A stretch of DNA of 64,000 nt, taken from positions 32,001 through 96,000 of IMG/VR virus record IMGVR_UViG_2974611114_000001; one strand, written 5' to 3'. Below are positions 57,667 to 64,000 of this stretch, piece by piece. Below the pieces are notes generated by a model. The model saw nothing but the letters and a program-made list of their open reading frames with translations, searched no databases and was not told the DNA's origin. Both the position numbers and the translations under genes were made by a program. This DNA is from a virus. Its lineage: Duplodnaviria > Caudoviricetes. Position 1 is the first letter of the stretch; every line of letters begins with the position of its first letter.

Positions 57667-58650
57667 ATGAGAGTACCATTAAACATTTTTCTACAAAGAG
57701 AGAATGTATTAGGCAATGAGCACCTATTCCAAAAGGCATGGAATGAATTTAAAATGCTAGATGGAATGAAAGTTTCAGAAATGAATGACAGACAGAAAGC
57801 TCTAGTACTTATATTTACTAAACGTACTATTGATGAAGGGGGAGTGATTAAACGAGCTGTACACCAGATAGCTATACATACTTTAGCATACTTAAAGGTT
57901 ACAGATTCAGTAGGTATAACAGCTAAGATATACAAGGTAAACATTATAGAAGATATCGAATGTAAGTTAGAACAGACAATATTCCCAAAAAGTGAAGCAC
58001 CATTCATCTGCTCTATATTAAATTTAGATAAGGGGTTTGTGCCGCTAGAGTACCATAATGGAAAGAAACAATATCGCATATACTATCATAAGAAGCAGTT
58101 TATGGTATCTGTTAGAGATCCTGATGATACTAAATTACCATATGCCTCTGTTGATTACCCTAATGATAACTATGCAGAGGTATATAAACAAGTAATTCTT
58201 AAAGCCAAAAAACTACCAGTATCTACTTCAGATACTACCTGTACACAACCAGTGTGGGCAGCTATCTACGCTCTAGCAGATAGGGTAGGTGATCATCTAA
58301 TAGCTAAGCCTAATAGTGGAGTAGAGTTTAATATACCAATAGATTCTATCCTACCCCTTAATAAGAAGTACTCAGAAGTACCACTAGAAGGGTCTATAGG
58401 TTTTGAAAGTGTAGTAACCACCTACCACATTGCCGAAGCAATTTCGCAATGGGCATTCAGAATAGCAACAAACCAAGCTACAGATAATGACTTAGATGCA
58501 CAATCTGTACAGTGTCCAGTATTCAAAGCCACATGCAAAAAGGTATACCTAGACGTACCAAAAATAGAAACTAGAGAATGTACTAACTCTCGCAGTTTTC
58601 CTTCGCATTCACTGTCACTCATCATGGACGAGTACTTAAACATTAACTAA
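57667..58650 (+). CDS. hypothetical protein (last early gene before the non-coding region)
   Basis: 327 aa, AGGAG RBS. Confidence 0.75.
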   Translation: MRVPLNIFLQRENVLGNEHLFQKAWNEFKMLDGMKVSEMNDRQKALVLIFTKRTIDEGGVIKRAVHQIAIHTLAYLKVTDSVGITAKIYKVNIIEDIECKLEQTIFPKSEAPFICSILNLDKGFVPLEYHNGKKQYRIYYHKKQFMVSVRDPDDTKLPYASVDYPNDNYAEVYKQVILKAKKLPVSTSDTTCTQPVWAAIYALADRVGDHLIAKPNSGVEFNIPIDSILPLNKKYSEVPLEGSIGFESVVTTYHIAEAISQWAFRIATNQATDNDLDAQSVQCPVFKATCKKVYLDVPKIETRECTNSRSFPSHSLSLIMDEYLNIN

Positions 58651-58747
58651 TTACATACCCTAGAAAATAAAATCTTGTTGACAAATATTTTAGAGCATGT
58701 TATAATTAAACCATGATTTGAGAAATTTCAAAGAATGTAGTTTAATT

Positions 58748-58848
58748 GGAGAGGGTGTAAGTACGCTGTACGAACACCAGAGGCGACGGAGGTTTAAGGA
58801 GGAGGAGCCAGATGGTGCTTCGTGCAAGGCGTATTCCACACCCTCTCC
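58748..58848 (+). ncRNA. candidate hairpin sRNA with GGA/SD-rich loop
   Basis: Promoter TTGACA-17-TATAAT at 58678-58706; long imperfect hairpin GGAGAGGGTGT/ACACCCTCTCC; no ORF. Confidence 0.55.
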
Positions 58849-59213
58849 TCCATGTGTATAAGATATAAATGGTTTTTAAGTATTTTAAGTTAATATAACA
58901 AACAATAACGCATGGTGGGGGAAGTTGTAACTATTAAAAGAGTACAAAGAAAATCTTTAATGAAAAGAACGAGGTAGGAGGGTTATTTAATAGTAAAGAT
59001 TTATTAATGAAAAGATTTGGTAACATAGTTTTATTCGCCAGAACTGCCTCCCCATTTTTCCGCTAGACAACTCCCCAATCCATTTCTAGCGATAATGAAA
59101 TACGTTATTCAGCCTCTAGAATAGTGGATAAAAAGATACTTTTCTCCCTATTCCCACCCCTTAATGCCTTCTAGTAATATTAGTAGGCATCTCACCTTAT
59201 TATTACCAGCTAA

Positions 59214-59475
59214 CCTATTAATCCCCATTACCCGCCAATCTATTATCAGACAATCTATTAATCCCCATTAGCAGCCAATCGTCACAGTTTTGCTTAAAGC
59301 ACATTTGTGACAAACCCAGTGTGAAGACCCGAATTAGACACCAATCCCAAAAATATTATCATATAGTAATTTCTTCCTAGCTATGAACTAAATGAGTAGC
59401 TCTATGATTTTATAGTCCATAATTTCTCTCTAGCTATAAACTAAATGCCCACATCAGTAGCTATATGATTTTATA
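59214..59475. repeat. two pairs of imperfect direct repeats
   Basis: CTATTAATCCCCATTA..GCCAATC at ~59215/59255; TAATTTCT..CTAGCTAT.AACTAAATG...AGTAGCT.TATGATTTTATA at ~59367/59421. Confidence 0.75.
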
Positions 59476-60335
59476 ATTATAATCATGAGACCATAAGAAA
59501 ATTGTCTCTATTTTGCCGGTGGCACGTTTGAGACGGGCTGCCACCCCCGTAAATTTTTGTCAAGCCTTTCCCTAGTGTTTTGCAAATAATTTTTTAGGCA
59601 CAGGGCGGTTATAGATCAGGGGGGTTTCGCTCTAAGAGCGAGTTCCTACAAAACAGCCCCACCCCCTCCTTAAATAGCAGTAAATCCTTCCACAGTAGCC
59701 CACAATTCCCACTAAAAATGTCAAAGATTGCAAAAGTCTGTAAAATTCTCCCAGAATCCCCACAATGCCTGCAAATAAAATCCTACAGATGCAATAGCTT
59801 GCAAATCTCTGCAAATCCTATCCAAAGTCGCTCTCATACAACTCCCAATCTATTTCTAGCATTAAAATCCCCCAATTATACTTATTATAGCTAAATAAAC
59901 CTTACCAGCTAAAATCCCCCATTCCGCTTCGCGAATACTCAGCTAAACAGTTCTAGCTAACAATTACTAGTTTAACCCTCCTATAATACAGCCACGCATA
60001 AATTCTACAACATAAAATTTAACTTAGGCAATCACATTCCCAAAACTAATTTTGTATATAAAGATTCTTGGTAATACCCCACTTAGTTAGTTATACGCCA
60101 GCTAGACAGATCAGCTGGTGGCTTTGAGAATCTTCCCCCTGTTGTCGCGAGTTTTGCTTTGAAGCAAGTTTCGCGAATTTGGGGTGAGGAAGAAAAAATT
60201 TCTCACAAAAATAAAAACACGTTTCGGATTTCCCAGAATAAAAAGTCCACACGTAATATTTTTGAAAAAACGAAGTCGATTACGCACATAGGCGCAGGGA
60301 AGAGGTGTTACTGAGAAGCATTCTCACCTGCGAGG

Positions 60336-60408
60336 GGTTATCATTACTCTAGCTGAATGCGTCTAATTCGTATATGCGAGTGGTTATCATTACTCTAGCT
60401 GAATGCGT
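60336..60408. repeat. 27-bp direct repeat
   Basis: GGTTATCATTACTCTAGCTGAATGCGT at 60336 and 60382. Confidence 0.85.
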
Positions 60409-60421
60409 ATTATTTGCGCTT

Positions 60422-60547
60422 GATAGTGAGAAACACTATCAATTAGACTTATCCACAGTTATATAATTAACTATATAACGCTGAAACGATTCAGTTTGAG
60501 TTATCAACAAGTTATCCACAGGTTATAACTACTGTATATAATTACAG
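60422..60547. promoter_or_regulatory. cluster of host-regulator boxes: Fur-like, DnaA x2-3, LexA
   Basis: GATAGTGAGAAACACTATC (60422, 15/19 to Fur consensus); TTATCCACA at 60449 and 60512, TTATCAACA at 60501; CTGTATATAATTACAG at 60532. Confidence 0.65.
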
Positions 60548-60660
60548 GGTCACTATATAGGGTAATATTTTGGTATAGGGATATTTGCGCGTATACGGCA
60601 TTTTGAGGGGTTTTAAGGGTGGGAGTGATACTAAAGTATGGGGTAGAGTGGTGGGGCAAA

Positions 60661-60700
60661 TAAAAAATAACGCCCCGTTATAGTCATGAGGCGTTATTAT
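60661..60700 (-). terminator. terminator of the pre-early unit
   Basis: AATAACGCC...GGCGTTATT followed by a T tract on the minus strand. Confidence 0.7.
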
Positions 60701-60774
60701 CAGTCAACGCAAGGGATTTTACATATTATCGTAAAATATTTTTAGTGCCTTTCTATACAGCCCAATCAGGGGTA

Positions 60775-61140
60775 TTATGCACAATAAGCCCCACAAGCCG
60801 TATCAGATTTAACAGTAGGCTTGTGTAGTGTTACGTTGATAAACACACGCGCCACCTTGAAGCTATCCCCAATAGGTAACACCTTAACAGCATACTGATA
60901 TTCAGTGCAACCGACTGTATAGACAAAGCTGTCTATTAATCCTTCATTAGCTTCTAGAGCGGTGCTGATAGCTGTTATCATGCGTAGTGGTGCATGGTTA
61001 GGTTTAACTTCAGCGCAATCTAAAAGCCCATCTAGTAAAGATATTGCTCTAGCTGGATTGTTAACAAAAACGTCCGCACTAGCTGAAATCTCTACTAGGC
61101 TATTGTTTACGATCAGTTGAATCGATTGATAGTGTCTCAT
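60775..61140 (-). CDS. pre-early hypothetical protein
   Basis: 121 aa, ATGA coupling. Confidence 0.65.
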   Translation of the reverse strand: MRHYQSIQLIVNNSLVEISASADVFVNNPARAISLLDGLLDCAEVKPNHAPLRMITAISTALEANEGLIDSFVYTVGCTEYQYAVKVLPIGDSFKVARVFINVTLHKPTVKSDTACGAYCA

Positions 61141-61496
61141 AGCACTGTCTCCGCGCAGTCTTTAAGGTGTAGGGTTGTGTTACCGTCCTTAGAAATGATA
61201 GTAAGCTCCGCACCCTCGAAATTAACGTAGCCGTCCACTCGTTTAGTATCGGCGACTATCATAGAGTTTTTGCCAACAAAAACATAAGGTGATTGCTCCC
61301 CTATAAACACGTCCTTATGATACACGCCTTTAAAAGACGTTTCAACAACAAAAGCACCATTGATGCCGTATACATTGGCTAGTTGCGTGCTATCGCTAGT
61401 AACTGCTTTACATACTGTTAAATTAAGTGGCTTAGTGTCACTCATTGCACTAGCAGAAAATAGACATAGTGCCAATGGAAATAGAAAAAGTTTCAT
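61137..61496 (-). CDS. pre-early secreted/periplasmic protein
   Basis: Signal peptide MKLFLFPLALCLFSASA. Confidence 0.7.
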   Translation of the reverse strand: MKLFLFPLALCLFSASAMSDTKPLNLTVCKAVTSDSTQLANVYGINGAFVVETSFKGVYHKDVFIGEQSPYVFVGKNSMIVADTKRVDGYVNFEGAELTIISKDGNTTLHLKDCAETVL

Positions 61497-61548
61497 TAGT
61501 AAATCCCCCTAAAGCGGTAGCCCTTGAAAGCTACCGCCGATTGTGTTA

Positions 61549-62034
61549 TTAGTGGAAAGAAATAGGATCTTCGCCAGCGCTCGATTCCTCATACAGTGGC
61601 ATCACACCATTATCGGATAGCTCCAAGCCCTCTAGAAAGTGTTTGCAATACATATTCCAGTGACCGATACCCGTAAACACCGCATCAATAAATTGTAGTG
61701 CAAACACAGGGGCGGAGCTATCACTTTCTTTTAGTTTAGCAACTACGAGCATCTCATCAAATGGCTTTAATAAGTTATCGCTTGCCATCTCGCCCAATGC
61801 TTTATAAGCTCGTTCAACGATATCGCGGGGCACGCTATCAAACAGGACACGAGCATCTACAACCAGATCACCGCTTTCAATACTTGCCACAATATCAGCA
61901 AATTTGAAAGCACAATCAATGCTAGGAGCATCTTGCTTAACTGGTAATGCTAGAATGATATCCGCGCCAGCTTGAGTTAAATAGCCCTTAGATACAGCGG
62001 TAGTAATATAACGGGTAAATTTTGGATTAGACAT
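61549..62034 (-). CDS. pre-early hypothetical protein (paralog A)
   Basis: PKFTRYI..AV..G N-terminus. Confidence 0.75.
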   Translation of the reverse strand: MSNPKFTRYITTAVSKGYLTQAGADIILALPVKQDAPSIDCAFKFADIVASIESGDLVVDARVLFDSVPRDIVERAYKALGEMASDNLLKPFDEMLVVAKLKESDSSAPVFALQFIDAVFTGIGHWNMYCKHFLEGLELSDNGVMPLYEESSAGEDPISFH

Positions 62035-62123
62035 AATATAGACACCTTATTTTGATAGGGGCGACCTATTCGCCCCGTAATGGTTAATATGCTACTAACT
62101 ACTAGTTGTTGTCAACCTATTAT

Positions 62124-62678
62124 TTAGAATACAGCAGGATAAAGGGGCTCTTTGTCTAGCTCGCAGTTTTCTTCATAGTCTGGCTCACTGCCCATAAGTA
62201 CGCATAGGGTAAAGGTTTCCTCCCCACTTAATAGCTCAGGACGAAATAGCCCGTTAGTAATAAACACAACATTGAGCCAGTCAAACACTTTAGGGGCTTT
62301 ATCTACTACGATAGAATTTTGGCGCTCTTTAGATAATACGGTTTCATCGCCCGCAACTGCTGATAGTCGTTTAACCGCGTTATCAACCGCTTTATCACTA
62401 ACACTAGCAATCAGCACATCTAAATTAATAGCAGTAGGATCACTCTCTAGTACATCTTTTAATTTACCCCAGTTTAGGGAACAATCGAGGCTAGGAAAAT
62501 CCTGAATACAGTCAAACTTAGCATTAAACGGTACTACTTGCGGATAGCGGTTAACAAGCCCCGCAATCTGATTAACCCCATCAATTGAGATAAGCCCGCG
62601 ATCAACTGCTACGGCTAAGTAACGCGCAAATTTAGGCATAGTAGCAGATAATTTAATTACTTGTTTCATAATAGACAC
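62124..62678 (-). CDS. pre-early hypothetical protein (paralog B)
   Basis: PKFARYL..AV..G N-terminus; start likely MKQVI. Confidence 0.75.
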   Translation of the reverse strand: MSIMKQVIKLSATMPKFARYLAVAVDRGLISIDGVNQIAGLVNRYPQVVPFNAKFDCIQDFPSLDCSLNWGKLKDVLESDPTAINLDVLIASVSDKAVDNAVKRLSAVAGDETVLSKERQNSIVVDKAPKVFDWLNVVFITNGLFRPELLSGEETFTLCVLMGSEPDYEENCELDKEPLYPAVF

Positions 62679-62845
62679 CTTGTTTTAATAGGCGCATTCT
62701 AGCGCCTAGTTTAATTTAATAGTTCCAATATTGCGACCAATCAAAGGTTATAAACTTGTAAAATATAACAAGCCCTAGTATAGTTACAATATATAGCGTT
62801 GGTTTTGTACCTTTAGCAAAGTTTACTAATATATTTATTAGTTGT

Positions 62846-63241
62846 TCAATCAGTGCCCCCTATATCGCCCCACAGGCGAAGTTTTATTCCTAGTGCGCCG
62901 TTTTGTAGTATTACAAAATTGCCACAAGTGAAAAGATACTCTATATCCTTAACGCTGTCAATAGGAAAACTTTCACCTTGGAACGTTGCAAAAGTAATAG
63001 CGTTTTCATTGCCTATCGCTTCAATGATATCTAACAGGTGCGCTACAATACTTTCGTTAACTACCGTAGACGCTCGACCGTATATCACCGTGACTGATTC
63101 ACCACGTTTAATAGTTCCTAGCTGGTAGCCCTCTAGTACACTAAATAATTGCCCCGTCAGGGATAGCCGAGGCAATAGATAGAATGGTTTACCGTCACGA
63201 TTTACCTTAACGCGAAAACGTTCTAGCGTAAATCGTGCCAT
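62846..63241 (-). CDS. pre-early hypothetical protein
   Basis: GAGGAG RBS. Confidence 0.7.
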   Translation of the reverse strand: MARFTLERFRVKVNRDGKPFYLLPRLSLTGQLFSVLEGYQLGTIKRGESVTVIYGRASTVVNESIVAHLLDIIEAIGNENAITFATFQGESFPIDSVKDIEYLFTCGNFVILQNGALGIKLRLWGDIGGTD

Positions 63242-63246
63242 TATTT

Positions 63247-63999
63247 TTACTCCTCTCCCTTAGTTAATAGGTTGCTAAGTTGAGCGCTAGGCACACCTTT
63301 CACAACATCGTCAATCAGTTTAGGGATATCTAAACCGCGTAACAACTCATAAGACGCTGAATTTACAGCGCTTTCAGCTAATGCCATAGCTACCTTATTA
63401 TCGTTTGCAAAGTTTTGCACCACTAATAAGAAAAGATTAGCAACTACTAAATGCCCTAACTCAGTTTGAGCATAACCGCGCACCATTAAAGGCAAGGATT
63501 TAGCCATAACAGCGCCTAATTGCTGGTTTACAGTGCGCCCCGCTTCTAGCTTTCCAGCTTGGATTGCGCTATCTTTGTTTTGCTCGATAATTTGTGCTAG
63601 TGATAGTTTCATTGTGTTATTTCCTGTTTTAGTAACGGATTGATTTGGAATAGATTTTGCCTGTAATAGTCTCTCATCATCGGAGCTAGGGAAAATCAGG
63701 TTATTGTTTGGTAATAGTACGCCCACAGAATGCAAGTCTGATAAGCCACGGGGATCATTAAATGATCTGCTTTCTAGTATCCCACACGCTCTAGACACGC
63801 CTGAATAGTAGCTACACCCTATATCACGTAGGTAGCTATCAGGAAGATCTAGGCTTGCCCATCTAGCAGTTAGTTGATCTCTAAACAGTTTGCCAGATAG
63901 CTCATTGCTTACATTACCGCTAAATTGCGCCAGTTGTTGTAAAATTGGCGTGCCTATATAACCGCCTAATGCAAAGAAATTAATTCCTTTGTCACTAAT
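63247..63999 (-). CDS. pre-early protein, N-terminus beyond the window edge
   Basis: Frame stays open from 63999 (ISDKGINFFALGG...) to the stop at 63247; C-terminal EAGR..N...PLMVRGY domain recalls T5-like pre-early proteins. Confidence 0.75.
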   Translation of the reverse strand: MSDKGINFFALGGYIGTPILQQLAQFSGNVSNELSGKLFRDQLTARWASLDLPDSYLRDIGCSYYSGVSRACGILESRSFNDPRGLSDLHSVGVLLPNNNLIFPSSDDERLLQAKSIPNQSVTKTGNNTMKLSLAQIIEQNKDSAIQAGKLEAGRTVNQQLGAVMAKSLPLMVRGYAQTELGHLVVANLFLLVVQNFANDNKVAMALAESAVNSASYELLRGLDIPKLIDDVVKGVPSAQLSNLLTKGEE

Positions 64000-64000
64000 T

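Larger units (their letters stand above)
58651..60770. other. non-coding convergence region, T5 injection-stop-signal (iss)/terminal-repeat boundary-like
   Basis: ~2.1 kb without genes between convergent early and pre-early units; direct repeats and DnaA boxes as known for the T5 iss. Confidence 0.7.

Noticed and set aside
20791-58643. Minus-strand ORFs in the plus-strand early region (e.g. 28983, 29515, 35520, 47951, 57612)
   Set aside because: Antisense shadows with low-information composition
59632-59814. 60-aa minus ORF in the iss region
   Set aside because: No RBS; derived from repetitive C/A-skewed non-coding sequence
59200-60420. CRISPR array
   Set aside because: Repeats occur only in pairs with no regular unique spacers, and there are no cas genes
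1-64000. Host genus or exact phage species assignment
   Set aside because: No receptor-binding or structural genes in the window and no database search possible

Overview
Segment of a lytic T5-like phage genome (Demerecviridae-type gene order), read opposite to the conventional T5 map. 1-20.4 kb (minus strand) is the replication module: D10-like SF2 helicase, family A DNA polymerase split by a group I intron carrying a LAGLIDADG endonuclease, primase, DnaB-like helicase, D5, split NAD+ ligase, D3, D2, origin-binding helicase and nrdD. From 20.6 kb (plus strand) come phoH, nrdA (with intein), nrdB, dfr, thyA, rnhA, a DEDD exonuclease, SleB, a ClpX-like ATPase and YqeY. At 33.6-43.8 kb there is a cluster of 22 intact tRNA genes mixed with small ORFs. 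Spanins, dNMP kinase, ClpP, holin, an NlpC/P60-type endolysin, a phosphatase and many small early genes follow. The window ends with a ~2.1 kb non-coding injection-stop-like region and convergent pre-early genes. The main unexplained signal is a set of extensively base-paired non-coding RNA candidates, most with their own promoter: two of ~700 nt, three of 220-290 nt, a tRNA-like RNA with two T-arms, and a GGA/SD-rich hairpin. A second signal is a tight Fur/DnaA/LexA box array in the injection-stop region. All calls come from reading the sequence by eye; no searches or folding were run, and the host is not determined.
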